This document shows, piece after piece, positions 24,586 to 37,780 of a DNA stretch of 64,000 nt (the first letter of the stretch is position 1; each line of letters begins with the position of its first letter). The stretch lies in assembly GCA_964016885.1 (NCBI GenBank), contig OZ024756.1, forward strand, positions 11,470,001 through 11,534,000. The letters are read 5' to 3'. The translations under genes were made by a program, and so were the position numbers. The notes below the pieces were generated by a model that did no database searches, was not told the DNA's origin, and saw nothing but the letters and a program-made list of their open reading frames with translations. This stretch comes from Eledone cirrhosa (Eukaryota).

Positions 24586-25384
24586 ATAAGCTATATCCAG
24601 GCGAAGGTGAATGTATTGGTCTTTCAAGGATGGGAACCAGGTCAGGTTAAACCCCTCTGCTGTCTCTCTCTTTTTCCCTATCTCTGACTCTCCTCTCTCT
24701 CCTTCACCCTCTTTGTCTCTCTCTCTCAGAGAGATGAAAAAAAAAAAAGGATTAATTTACCTTTATTCAATTAGACCCACACACAACACTGGCTAAAATC
24801 TTGTTCATTGACTTAGAGAACATATCCAGTTCTTTCATTACAGCAATGAATGACATGCCAGAAACTCATTTTTGGCTGAGCAAAGGATCGATGCATTTTA
24901 ATAATGAAAGAACTCAATTTAGTTGCAATTTTATTTCTGTCAGGGTTTCTTTTGAATCTCTTAAAACATGCTTGAAACATCTTTAAAACATTAAATGTAG
25001 TAACACAATGTGCGGTGACTTCTAAATTAAATTAAATTAGAGAGGAAAGAACATTGTTTAATTTTTTATGTAAACGCCTAATGAATTGGTGTGAAATTTG
25101 ATTATGATTGTTATTTGACGTTCTTCAATATTGCATGTGAATGCATGAGGTGGTTAGTGTGGTCATGATAATGATAAAGTCGTGGGTTCGATTCCTGGAC
25201 TGGGTACCCGCATATTTGTGAAAGTTGGTTATATTTGTTATTTGAAATTCCCCAATATTTGGTGTGAATGCAGATGGTGGCCTAGTGGATGTTCGAGTCA
25301 TGATAAAGTCGTGGGTTTGATTTCTGGATTGGGTAGCAACGTTATAGTTGTGAAAGCAAACTTCTTCATTTTATGTTTCTTTTC

Positions 25385-26057
25385 ATGGTAGGACCTGAAG
25401 CTCCTCTTATTAAAACATCTGAGATGTTACCTTGTAGGTGTCCAGCTAAACCTGCATAGGTGTGATTTGTAACAACATGGTAGGAGGACTGGAGCTCCTG
25501 TTATTAAAACATCTGAGAAATCTATGAGATGTTACCAACTAAACCTACTACATAGGTGTGATTTGTAACAACATGGTAGGAGGACTGGAGCTCCTGTTAT
25601 TAAAACATCTGAGAAATCTATGAGATGTTACCAACTAAACCTACTACATAGGTGTGATTTGTAACAACATGGTAGGAGGACTGGAGCTCCTGTTATTAAA
25701 ACATCTGAGAAACCTATGAGATGTTACCAACTAAACCTACTACATAGGTGTGATTTGTAACAACATGGTAGGAGGACTGGAGCTCCTGTTATTAAAACAT
25801 CTGAGAAACCTATGAGATGTTACCAACTAAACCTACTACATAGGTGTGATTTGTAACAACATGGTAGGAGGACTGGAGCTCCTGTTATTAAAACATCTGA
25901 GAAATCTATGAGATGTTACCAACTAAACCTACTACATAGGTGTGATTTGTAACAACATGGTAGGAGGACTGGAGCTCCTGTTATTAAAACATCTGAGAAA
26001 CCTATGAGATGTTACCAACTAAACCTACTACATAGGTGTGAGATGTAACAACATGGT
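25385..26057. repeat. 96-bp tandem array (~6 homogeneous copies plus 1 degenerate)
   Basis: CATGGTAGGAGG recurs at 25476, 25572, 25668 and onward. Confidence 0.95.
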
Positions 26058-26198
26058 CGGATGAGAAACCTCCTATGAGAAGCAACCTTCTATGAGGTCA
26101 GCTAAACTTGCATTGCTGTGTGCTGTTACAACAATATGATAGGCCTGAAGTCCTTATTGAAACTTGCATGAAATCTATGAAATGCAACTTTGTAGGAA

Positions 26199-29100
26199 GT
26201 CAGCTAAACCAGTATAACTGTGAGCTGTAGCAGCATAAGACAGGAGCCCCTATCATTAAAACATGAGACACCTCCTATAAAATACAACACTGTAGGTCAG
26301 CTAAAACTGTACAGGTGTGAGCTGTAGCAGCATAAGACAGGAGCCCCTATCATTAAAACATGAGACACCTCCTATAAAATGTAACACTGTAGGTCAGCTA
26401 AAACTGTACAGGTGTGAGCTGTAGCAGCATAAGACAGGAGCCCCTATCATTAAAACATGAGACACCTCCTATAAAATGTAACACTGTAGGTCAGCTAAAA
26501 CTGTACAGGTGTGAGCTGTAGCAGCATAAGACAGGAGCCCCTATCATTAAAACATGAGACACCTCCTATAAAATGTAACACTGTAGGTCAGCTAAAACTG
26601 TACAGGTGTGAGCTGTAGCAGCATAAGACAGGAGCCCCTATCATTAAAACATGAGACACCTCCTATAAAATGTAACACTGTAGGTCAGCTAAAACTGTAC
26701 AGGTGTGAGCTGTAGCAGCATAAGACAGGAGCCCCTATCATTAAAACATGAGACACCTCCTATAAAATACAACCCTGTAGGTCAGCTAAAACTGTACAGG
26801 TGTGAGCTGTAGCAACATAAGACAGGAGCCCCTATCATTAAAACATGAGACACCTCCTATAAAATACAACACTGTAGAAGGTCAGCTAAAACTGTACAGG
26901 TGTGAGCTGTAGCAACATAAGACAGGAGCCCCTATCATTAAAACATGAGACACCTCCTATAAAATGTAACACTGTAGGTCAGCTAAAACTGTACAGGTGT
27001 GAGCTGTAGCAGCATAAGACAGGAGCCCCTATCATTAAAACATGAGACACCTCCTATAAAATACAACCCTGTAGGTCAGCTAAAACTGTACAGGTGTGAG
27101 CTGTAGCAGCATAAGACAGGAGCCCCTATCATTAAAACATGAGACACCTCCTATAAAATACAACATGTCGAAGGTCAGCTAAAACTGTACAGGTGTGAGC
27201 TGTAGCAGCATAAGACAGGAGCCCCTATCATTAAAACATGAGACACCTCCTATAAAATACAACACTGTAGGTCAGCTAAAACTGTACAGGTGTGAGCTGT
27301 AGCAACATAAGACAGGAGCCCCTATCATTAAAACATGAGACACCTCCTATAAAATACAACACTGTAGAAGGTCAGCTAAAACTGTACAGGTGTGAGCTGT
27401 AGCAGCATAAGACAGGAGCCCCTATCATTAAAACATGAGACACCTCCTATAAAATACAACACTGTAGGTCAGCTAAAACTGTACAGGTGTGAGCTGTAGC
27501 AACATAAGACAGGAGCCCCTATCATTAAAACATGAGACACCTCCTATAAAATACAACACTGTAGAAGGTCAGCTAAAACTGTACAGGTGTGAGCTGTAGC
27601 AACATAAGACAGGAGCCCCTATCATTAAAACATGAGACACCTCCTATAAAATGTAACACCATAGAGGGTCAGCTAAAACTGTACAGGTGTGAGCTGTAGC
27701 AACATAAGACAGGAGCCCCTATCATTAAAACATGAGACACCTCCTATAAAATACAACATGTCGAAGGTCAGCTAAAACTGTACAGGTGTGAGCTGTAGCA
27801 ACATAAGACAGGAGCCCCTATCATTAAAACATGAGACACCTCCTATAAAATACAACACTGTAGAAGGTCAGCTAAAACTGTACAGGTGTGAGCTGTAGCA
27901 ACATAAGACAGGAGCCCCTATCATTAAAACATGAGACACCTCCTATAAAATGTAACACCATAGAGGGTCAGCTAAAACTGTACAGGTGTGAGCTGTAGCA
28001 ACATAAGACAGGAGCCCCTATCATTAAAACATGAGACACCTCCTATAAAATACAACATGTCGAAGGTCAGCTAAAACTGTACAGGTGTGAGCTGTAGCAA
28101 CATAAGACAGGAGCCCCTATCATTAAAACATGAGACACCTCCTATAAAATACAACATGTCGAAGGTCAGCTAAAACTGTACAGGTGTGAGCTGTAGCAAC
28201 ATAAGACAGGAGCCCCTATCATTAAAACATGAGACACCTCCTATAAAATGTAACACTGTAGGTCAGCTAAAACTGTACAGGTGTGAGCTGTAGCAACATA
28301 AGATAGGAGCCCCTATCATTAAAACATGAGACACCTCCTATAAAATGTAACACTGTAGGTCAGCTAAAACTGTACAGGTGTGAGCTGTAGCAACATAAGA
28401 CAGGAGCCCCTATCATTAAAACATGAGACACCTCCTATAAAATACAACACTGTAGGTCAGCTAAAACTGTACAGGTGTGAGCTGTAGCAGCATAAGACAG
28501 GAGCCCCTATCATTAAAACATGAGACACCTCCTATAAAATGTAACACCATAGAAGGTCAGCTAAAACTGTACAGGTGTGAGCTGTATCAACATAAGACAG
28601 GAGCCCCTATCATTAAAACATGAGACACCTCCTATAAAATACAACACTGTAGAAGGTCAGCTAAAACTGTACAGGTGTGAGCTGTAGCAGCATAAGACAG
28701 GAGCCCCTATCATTAAAACATGAGACACCTCCTATAAAATGTAACACTGTAGGTCAGCTAAAACTGTACAGGTGTGAGCTGTAGCAACATAAGACAGGAG
28801 CCCCTATCATTAAAACATGAGACACCTCCTATAAAATGTAACACCATAGAAGGTCAGCTAAAACTGTACAGGTGTGAGCTGTAGCAACATAAGACAGGAG
28901 CCCCTATCATTAAAACATGAGACACCTCCTATAAAATGTAACACTGTAGGTCAGCTAAAACTGTACAGGTGTGAGCTGTATCAACATAAGACAGGAGCCC
29001 CTATCATTAAAACATGAGACACCTCCTATAAAATGTAACACTGTAGGTCAGCTAAAACTGTACAGGTGTGAGCTGTAGCAACATAAGACAGGAGCCCCTA

Positions 29101-29375
29101 TCATTAAAACATGAGACACCTCCTATAAAATACAACACTGTAGGTCAGCTAAAACTGTACAGGTGTGAGCTGTAGCAACATAAGACAGGAGCCCCTATCA
29201 TTAAAACATGAGACACCTCCTATAAAATGTAACACCATAGAAGGTCAGCTAAAACTGTACAGGTGTGAGCTGTAGCAACATAAGACAAGAGTCTCTATCA
29301 TTAAAACACACAAGAAACCTCCTATGAGACCTTGTAGGAGGTCAGCTAAACCTATATACTTAGCTGTGAGCTGTA
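26199..29375. repeat. 97(-100)-bp tandem array (~32 copies)
   Basis: GTCAGCTAAAACTGTACAGG recurs at 26296, 26393 and onward. Confidence 0.95.
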
Positions 29376-29499
29376 AAAAGATAAATAAGAATTGAATGGT
29401 GGTAAATTATGTAAACTAAGAAAGGAGTGTTATTTAATTAAAAAACATTTTTAATGCAAATAACTGCTGAATCAATGTAAAACTTGATTGAGTTTTCTT

Positions 29500-29655
29500 T
29501 ATCTGTAACCTCTTCAGTATTGGGTGTCTTGATGTCTGATGAACAAGATTTTATCCAGTTTGGCATCAGTCAATTTTGTTCTCAAATGGTTCTTCATATG
29601 CTTCAATTTAAAAAAAAAATTGTCTACACAGATAAGTGCTGACATACAATGATAC
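29500..29655 (-). pseudogene. hAT transposase C-terminal dimerisation-domain remnant
   Basis: Minus strand VST/(frameshift)CVDNFFFKLKHMKNHLRTKLTDAKLDKILFI resembles hATC 'ST..ER.FS.LK.IK..LR..L....L..L'. Confidence 0.5.
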
Positions 29656-30155
29656 TATCTTTTTTTCTTCATATTTTCATTTATATATATATATATAAAT
29701 TTATAATTTTCTTGCATGGCTAAACTAAGTTAGGATGTTTTCACACTTTGGTGAATATATTTTCTATAAAAGTCAAGCACTGTCACAGACAGCATTTTGA
29801 GGAGAATGAAACTTCAAACTCAATATGTTGTTGTACTGCATCTCAATCAAATTCCATTTGATAATTTTCTGATGTAGTGGCTGCCTGTCCACTCTTCCAC
29901 ATCAAATTAGAAGTGAAGAAAACAACTGAAACTACTCATTTGAATGCAAATAAAAATCGGAGCAAAACGAAATGAAAGCCTTTTTTTTTTTTTTTTTTTT
30001 TTTTTCCTTCAACCATATTGACTAAGGTTTCCTGGTTTATGGTTTATATATATATATATAATTGGGGTGGGTGGGTGTGTGTGTGTGTGTGATAAAATAA
30101 AATATATGAGATTTCCTTTTTCAATTATTTCAACAATTGCTGCTTCCCTTAAAAT

Positions 30156-30980
30156 GTCACAATATGGCCGTACATCCCATTAGCTGGCCACAATATGGCA
30201 GAATATCTCAGCTGGCCACAATATGGCTGCCGTACATCTCAGCTGTCCACAATATGGCTGCCGTACATCTCAGCTGGCCACAATATGGCTGCCGTACATC
30301 TCAGCTGTCCACAATATGGCTGCCGTACATCTCAGCTGGCCACAATATGGCTGCCGTACATCTCAGCTGTCCACAATATGGCTGCCGTACATCTCAGCTG
30401 TCCACAATATGGCTGCCGTACATCTCAGCTGGCCACAATATGGCTGCCGTACATCTCACCTGTCCACAATATGGCTGCCGTACATCTCAGCTGTCCACAA
30501 TATGGCTGCCGTACATCTCAGCTGGCCACAATATGGCTGCCGTACATCTCAGCTGTCCACAATATGGCTGCCGTACATCTCAGCTGTCCACAATATGGCT
30601 GCCGTACATCTCAGCCGGCCACAATATGGCTGCCGTACATCTCAGCCGGCCACAATATGGCTGCCGTACATCTCAGCCGGCCACAATATGGCTGCCGTAC
30701 ATCTCACCTGGCCACAATATGGCTGCCGTACATCTCAGCTGGCCACAGTATGGCTGCCGTACATCTCAGCTGGCCACAATATGGCTGTATATCTCAGCTG
30801 GCCACAATATGGCTGTATATCTCATTAGCTGGCCACAATATGGCTGTACATCTCATTAGCTGGCCACAATATGGCTGTACATCTCATTAGCTGGCCACGA
30901 TATGGTTGTACATCTCATTAGCTGGCCACGATATGGTTGTACATCTCATTAGCTGGCCACGATATGGTTGTACATCTCGT
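30156..30980. repeat. 31-bp minisatellite (~26 copies)
   Basis: Unit CCACAATATGGCTGCCGTACATCTCAGCTG(G/T), with variant units at both ends. Confidence 0.95.
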
Positions 30981-31204
30981 GCTAACCCATTTGTTACTGT
31001 TTGTTATTGATAACATAATTTTGACAGGAGTGGGTTTGGCTGGATACCCTTCCACTTTACAGCAGGTACTGGCTGTATTATTTGTGCCACCAGCACTAGA
31101 GAGGTTGTCTCACTGAACTGAACAGTCCTCTCCATCCTATATTAGTTTTTATTTGGAGTGTCTATTCTCCTAGATGGGTTGCTTTCACTATTCAGAACAA
31201 TTAA

Positions 31205-31402
31205 CTCTTAACATCATTTACTACATTAACGAGAGATTCTTGGAAAGTACCAAACAGTACTGAGACTGCATCACATTCAAAATTAAATTTTCATTTGAGC
31301 TTACTGCAAATTTTCACCTCACTAGTAAAGATACTATAAGCCTTTGAATTAACAATCCTATTTTTAGATATTTTCTGCTGAATCATTGTAGGATGTTAAG
31401 AG
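31205..31402. mobile_element. piggyBac-like MITE family P2
   Basis: TTAA-CTCTTAACATC ... GATGTTAAGAG-TTAA: perfect 11-bp TIR with TTAA TSDs. Confidence 0.75.
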
Positions 31403-31619
31403 TTAAAATGAAGTATTTAAAAATAAACTTAATAATGTAAGGTCTCCCTCTGCGGTAGCAACTTCAACAGAGTATCTTAAGTTTGAGTCTCTTATGAAGC
31501 TACAGTGAAGTACTAACAGTCACTATAACCAACCACAACCATGTCCTACCTCCCCACAAAGTACCAGTGAAGTACTAACAGTCATTATAACCCCCCCCCC
31601 CCAAGGCTTTCATTTTCAA

Positions 31620-32037
31620 CCCTTTAGCATTTACAATACTTTATATTTACTATTATATTTTCACCATAAAGGGCAGTGGATTGGCAGTATCGGTAGAGGG
31701 TCGGTTGCCATGCTTTGCAGCACAGAGTTGCGCCCCTTTACGGACTGAGTTCAAATCCCGCCGAGTTTAACTTTGCCTTTCATCCTTACGGGGTCGATAA
31801 AATAAAGTAGCAGTAATGTACTGGGTAATTAATTGCTGGCCTTGTGCCAAAAGTAGAAACAATTATATTTTCCCCATAAAGACTTTACCTCACATAATAT
31901 CGAATCTATGAGATTTTGATGTTATTTATTTTGAGAACAATACCTTAACATAAGTATGAGTGGCCACTTACGGTCAGTTTGAACAGAAAGAGGTGAGAGA
32001 ATTCTGGCCGGATACAGCCAGTTTAAATGCTAAAGGG
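31620..32037. mobile_element. piggyBac-like MITE P1 interrupted by a SINE
   Basis: TIR CCCTTTAGCATTTA/TAAATGCTAAAGGG, right TTAA. Confidence 0.85.
31671..31861 (+). mobile_element. SINE family A, full length, nested in the MITE
   Basis: Family match; ~20-bp TSD ATTATATTTTC(A/C)CCATAAAG. Confidence 0.9.
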
Positions 32038-32399
32038 TTAAAGTAATATAGTCATAGTGATGTTTTTACTTTTCATGAATGTGGTTTGTTAATTCAAATG
32101 TTTATAGTCTTTTTACTAGTGGACAGATTGTTGTGAAAATTTGGAATATTAGCATAACGACTTTAATGTTTAATATGTGCAAGTATATCTTGTTAATGTG
32201 GTGTCATAGGGTACAGGATATTAAAGAGTTAAGTATGTTCACACTAATTTAACTTTTAATTATTCTCTATTCTGTTATTTGAAATACCACTGAGACTAGA
32301 ATTTGACTTTCAACATTCTGGAAGTTGATAAAATAAATACCATTTATTTAATTTCTCTTTGCAACGGCCTAGAAGTTAAACAACAGAAAACCAGGTATG

Positions 32400-32635
32400 A
32401 TAATGGTGGTGGTGGTGGGGTGGGGTGGGGGGGATTGTGATACTGATGGAGGTGGTGCTGTTGGTGGTGATGATGATGGTGGTGGTGATGACGGTAGTGT
32501 TGGTGATGGTGGTAGTGGTGGTGATGGTGCTGAGATGACGGTGGTGGTGGTGGTGATGACGGTAGTATTGGTGATGGTGCTGAGATGACGATGATGGTGG
32601 TGGTGGTGATGGTGGTGGTGGTGAGATGATGATAA
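32400..32635. repeat. (GGT/GAT)n microsatellite
   Basis: Read directly. Confidence 0.9.
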
Positions 32636-32904
32636 TTTCTTTTGCAATGACTAGAGGTTAAATAACAGAAAATGGAGACGGGGACATAAGAGAAATTATT
32701 TAATTTTAAAAACAATTTCTATTATTTTACCTCCGGGCATTACAAAAAATAGAAAAAAATAAATAAAAGATCTCATTTCGCCTTTGGCCATGAGAAATAG
32801 TTGAATAATTCCTTCCACTTAACCTCTTACCCCAGTCAATTTTGATTCTCTTTTTATATAATAGTTTCTTTTTAATTGAAATTGGTTAGTTTTTATCAAA
32901 TTAA

Positions 32905-33678
32905 CCCTTTAATGTTCAAACCGGCCAAAACCGGCCAGAATTCTCTACCTCTTTCTGTTGAAACTGGCTGTAACTGGTCGCTCAAACTGATGTTAAGGTA
33001 TTGTTCTCAAAATAAATACTTTCAAAATCTCATAGATTTGATATTATGTGAGATAATTATGAGGTAAAGCCTTTACCATGAAAATACAATAGTATATATA
33101 GAGTAATGTAAATGTTATGTGAGATATTATGTAAGGTAAAGCCTTTACTGTGAAAATACAATTGTAAATATAGAGTAATGTAAATGTTATGTGAGATATT
33201 ATGTAAGGTAAAGCCTTTACTGTGAAAATACAATAGTAAATATAGAGTAATGTAAATGTTATGTGAGATAATTATGAGGTAAAGCCTTTACCATGAAAAT
33301 ACAATAGTATATATAGAGTAATGTAAATGTTATGTGAGATATTATGTAAGGTAAAGCCTTTACTGTGAAAATACAATAGTATATATAGAGTAATGTAAAT
33401 GTTATGTGAGATATTATGTAAGGTAAAGCCTTTACTGTGAAAATACAATTGTAAATATAGAGTAATGTAAATGTTATGTGAGATATTATGTAAGGTAAAG
33501 CCTTTACTGTGAAAATACAATAGTATATATAGAGTAATGTAAATGTTATGTGAGATATTATGTGAGGTAAAGCCTTTACTGTGAAAATACAATAGTATAT
33601 ATAGAGTAATGTAAATGTTATGTGAGATATTATGTGAGGTAAAGCCTTTACTGTGAAAATACAATAGTATATATAGAG
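32905..33678. mobile_element. MITE P1 copy whose distal part is expanded into a 72-bp tandem array (~8.5 copies, ~33060-33678); right TIR absent
   Basis: TTAA-CCCTTTAATG start; the unit matches 39770-39825 of the intact MITE. Confidence 0.85.
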
Positions 33679-34504
33679 AAACACCGCCTCTCCTTCATTT
33701 TTGAAGGGGGGGGGGGGGGCGGCTTAATCGTTACAATGGCCTCGGTGTCAACCGGATCGGTCCCACTCGTGACATTAGTCGTTCGACATAGCCCCACAGA
33801 TCGGCTACGCCCAAGATTGATAGATAGATATGTAGATAGACAGGTAGATAGATAGATTTTACAGATAGACAAGTTAAATAGCTAGATAATGAACTACTGT
33901 TTGTGTGTGTGTGTGGAGGGGGTGGTGGGTATATTTATTTGTGAATATTTAACTGAAACAGCAAATATAGGAATTTAAAGCAGACCAAGGTAAACAATTC
34001 CTGAGAACATGTATAAAAGAAAATAAAAATATTCTTAAAATCAATAAAAGTTTTATGTTTGGCTGTTGAAATTCAAAGCAAAAATAGAAAAAAGAAAAAA
34101 AGACATATTCCCTAGTTACATTTATAAAAAATAATGTATGTTTTATTTATTTTTTAGCAAATTGACCAATCCTAAAGGCAACCCCAGTTTTAGTAAATAA
34201 ATATCTTAGAATTTCTAATAGTATCATGCATGACTGACTTACTAATAGCTTCTTGCATGACTGATTTTCTTACAACAGATGAATGGATTCAAAAGCAAAG
34301 AATGGTATATTTGACCTCTACAAAACTATTGACAACAATATACATATTAAAAAAACACACACACATATATAACAGTTAAATGATGGTGTGTGTATATATA
34401 TATATATATACATACACACACACACATCCATACTTGTGTATTTTCCCATAAAAAGACTCCAACAAGCATGTGACCTAGAATACCACAATTCAAAATATAT
34501 AGTA

Positions 34505-34766
34505 CACTAACTTTATCATAACCATATTTCTAATGAAAGACATTGCCTATAATTTTCATATAATTTTGAAAACTATCAAGATTTTTGAGCGATTTAGAAA
34601 TATAACTAAGTTTCTCATTATCAAACCTGGTGTTTGGAACATAACTTAACAAAGGTTCTTTCAGAAAATTATGATGGAAGGTTTTAAAGTTAATTACAGT
34701 CATTTTAAAACAATAGGGTTTATATCATAGAGGTAGTTTTAGGTAGTTTGGTATCAAAAGAGTTAC
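34505..34766. mobile_element. Dispersed AT-rich MITE-like repeat (family P3); related copy 35753-36016 and fragments 36210-36930
   Basis: Shared TATTTCTAATGAAAGACA...GGAACATAACTTAACAAAGGTTC; TTAACTCTTT/AAAGAGTTA-type ends. Confidence 0.6.
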
Positions 34767-34789
34767 TTTTAATGAAATACATTTTTACG

Positions 34790-35085
34790 TCCATTTTCCA
34801 TATACTCTTGCACCTGTCGGATGGGTTTTTCTCAGCACACCATCTCTTTACTTGGCGTGTTCCTTCATCTCCTCTGTGAGTCTCAGCAATTTGAGATCAA
34901 TTCTCACCACCTCTGCCCAGGTCTTTCTTGGTCTACCTCTACTGCAGCTTCCTTCCTCTGGCATTTCTTGGCACTGCTTCACCCAGCAATCATTATCCAT
35001 GTGCATCACATGTCCACGGCAATGCAGCTTTCTCTCGTGTACACCACCTCAGATTCCTCTTAAACCCAGCTTCACCCCAGCTCGT
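34790..35085 (-). mobile_element. Older RTE LINE RT C-terminal fragment
   Basis: Minus strand ERKLHCRGHVMHMDNDCWVKQC...RGRPRKTWAEVVRIDL. Confidence 0.8.
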
Positions 35086-36298
35086 CCAAGTTCTGCCTTT
35101 CTCTCACATTACACATCCATGTACGTGTATGTGCGTGTGTGTACATGTATGTGTATGCGTGTGTGTGTACGTGCCTGTGTAAGTGTGTGTGTGCATGTAT
35201 GTGTGTGTGTGTACATGTAGGTGTGTGTGTACGTGTGTATTTGTGTACTTGTACGTGTGTGTGTGTGTGTGTATGTGTGTGTGTGTATGTATGTGTATGT
35301 ACGTGTGTGTGTATGTGCATGTATGTGTGTGTGTAACTGTGTGAAATAAAGCATACATGATAATACGTATGTAGTAACGACATTGTCATATAAATACATT
35401 GATACCGAATGAGCCGTGTGTCCACACACAGTAGTCACAATAGTGTCTAAATACCTTGATTTGTCTGGTTTTTAACACACCTGTAGTACCTCCCAAAAGC
35501 CAACTGACAATCATTAGAATGTTTTACAGTATTTGGTTCAAACCCTGCTGAGGTCAACTTTGTTTTCATCAATTCAAGGTCAATAAAAAAAGTACCAGTC
35601 AAATACTGGGTTCAAATTCTTCCTTAATATCTCTTTCTCACTTCCACACTCATTCACGATCTTTCTCTGGAAGAAATCTGCTGTATTCCGACCGGGAACA
35701 AAAGTTCTTATATAAAACTGTGATGGAAAGTTTTTAGATAAATATAAACACTTTAACTCTTTCATTACTGTATTTCTAATGAAAGACACTGCCTATGGTT
35801 TTAAATAATTTTGAAAATAATCAAGAATTTCGAGAGATTTAGTAATATAATTGACTTTCTCATTATTAAGATGATTGGAACATAACTTAACAAAGGTTCT
35901 TACATAAATTTCTGATGGAAATTTTTTTTAGAGAAATATAAACACTTTAAAATAAACAGTACTGTATCATAACTCCAGTTGGGGGTGGGGCCAGGTGTTT
36001 TGGTATGAAAAATTTAACACCAGCAATCAAAAGCTACACACCTCCTCCTTAATATCCCTTTAATGTTCTTTAAAGAACATTCCCCCATTCCATAACATTC
36101 TTTCATTTTCCCATTCCATTCAACTCCACTCCATTCTCCTATTCCATAGTATTCTCCCATTCCATAAGTTTTTTTTCTACTGTACAAACCAGAGGTAGTT
36201 TACTAAAATATATTTTCTCAGTATTTATCTGGTGTTTGGGACTTAACAAAGATTCTTACATAAAATTAAAATTATGATAAAGATTTGTAGATAATCAT

Positions 36299-36559
36299 CT
36301 TCTCTTCTCTTGCTTGATGTGACTGGGTGGGGATTATCCAAGGTCAGTGATCCCTTGCTTGATGTGACTGGGGGTCATCCTAGGTCAGTTGTCCCTTGCT
36401 AGATGAGACTGGGAGGTCATCCTAGGTCAGTTGTCCCTTGCTTGAAGTGACAGGGTGGGAGGGGGGGGGGTCATCCTAGGTCAGTGATCCCTTGCTTGAT
36501 GTGACTGGGAGGTCATCCTAGGTCAGTTGTCCCAGGGACATCATCGTGTGTAGAGCTAA
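36299..36559. repeat. Insert of ~5 degenerate 41-50-bp tandem units flanked by a 13-bp direct repeat
   Basis: Unit CCCTTGCTTGATGTGACTGGG(A)GGTCATCCTAGGTCAGTTGT; TGTAGATAATCAT at 36286 and 36560. Confidence 0.7.
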
Positions 36560-36605
36560 TGTAGATAATCATACACACTTTAAAATAAAATAAGTCCTCT
36601 TATAT

Positions 36606-36885
36606 CAGGGGACCCCAACCTTTTGGCTCCGCGGGCCGGGTGCGCAATTAATACTACTTATATACAAATAAGTAACCATTTATTTATCCCTTATGTTAGA
36701 TTTGAAACAAAATTCAATATTGATACTTAGAGCTGTTCCAAGCAGAAAAATACATTTAAACATTGTTTTATTCGGCAATATCGATAGATTGGGTGCAAAC
36801 TGTACCCTTTTTAGAACCCTTGTGGGTAGGATAAAGGCCTTCGCGGGCCGGATGTGGCCAACGGGCCGGGGGTTGAGGACCCCTG
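36606..36885. mobile_element. hAT (Charlie-like) MITE
   Basis: TIRs CAGGGGACCCCAACC/GGTTGAGGACCCCTG, subterminal GCGGGCCGG motifs, 8-bp TSD T(C/A)TTATAT. Confidence 0.88.
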
Positions 36886-37009
36886 TATTATATCATAGAA
36901 AAGTAGTATTTAGGTGTCTGAAGAATTAATATATATTTCAATAATTTTGAAATATTAGTAAAACTTCAATGTAGTAGAAGATACTTTGTCAATGTAGCCG
37001 TGGGTTTGA

Positions 37010-37780
37010 TGTTGGAACCATCCAGTGGTATTGTAGACCTCTTAACCACACAGCCATGTCTACACCAGTGTTGGAACCATCCAGTGGTATTGTAGACCTC
37101 TTAACCACACAGCCATGTCTACACCAGTGTTGGAACCATCCAGTGGTATTGTAGACCTCTTAACCACACAGCCATGTCTACACCAGTGTTGGAACCATCC
37201 AGTGGTATTGTAGACCTCTTAACCACACAGCCATGTCTACACCAATGTTGGAACCATCCAGTGGTATTGTAGACCTCTTAACCACACAGCCATGTCTACA
37301 CCAGTGTTGGAACCATCCAGTGGTATTGTAGACCTCTTAACCACACAGCCATGTCTACACCAGTGTTGGAACCATCCAGTGGTATTGTAGACCTCTTAAC
37401 CACACAGCCATGTCTACACCAGTGTTGGAACCATCCAGTGGTATTGTAGACCTCTTAACCACACAGCCATGTCTACACCAGTGTTGGAACCATCCAGTGG
37501 TATTGTAGACCTCTTAACCACACAGCCATGTCTACACCAGTGTTGGAACCATCCAGTGGTATTGTAAACCTCTTAACCACACAGCCATGTCTACACCAGT
37601 GTTGGAACCATCCAGTGGTATTGTAGACCTCTTAACCACACAGCCATGTCTACACCAATGTTGGAACCATCCAGTGGTATTGTAGACCTCTTAACCACAC
37701 AGCCATGTCTACACCAATGTTGGAACCATCCAGTGGTATTGTAGACCTCTTAACCACACAGCCATGTCTACACCAGTGTT
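37010..37780. repeat. 59-bp minisatellite (~13 copies)
   Basis: Unit TGTTGGAACCATCCAGTGGTATTGTAGACCTCTTAACCACACAGCCATGTCTACACCAG. Confidence 0.96.

Noticed and set aside
24295-25330. tRNA genes
   Set aside because: A/B boxes belong to SINE heads; no complete cloverleaf seen
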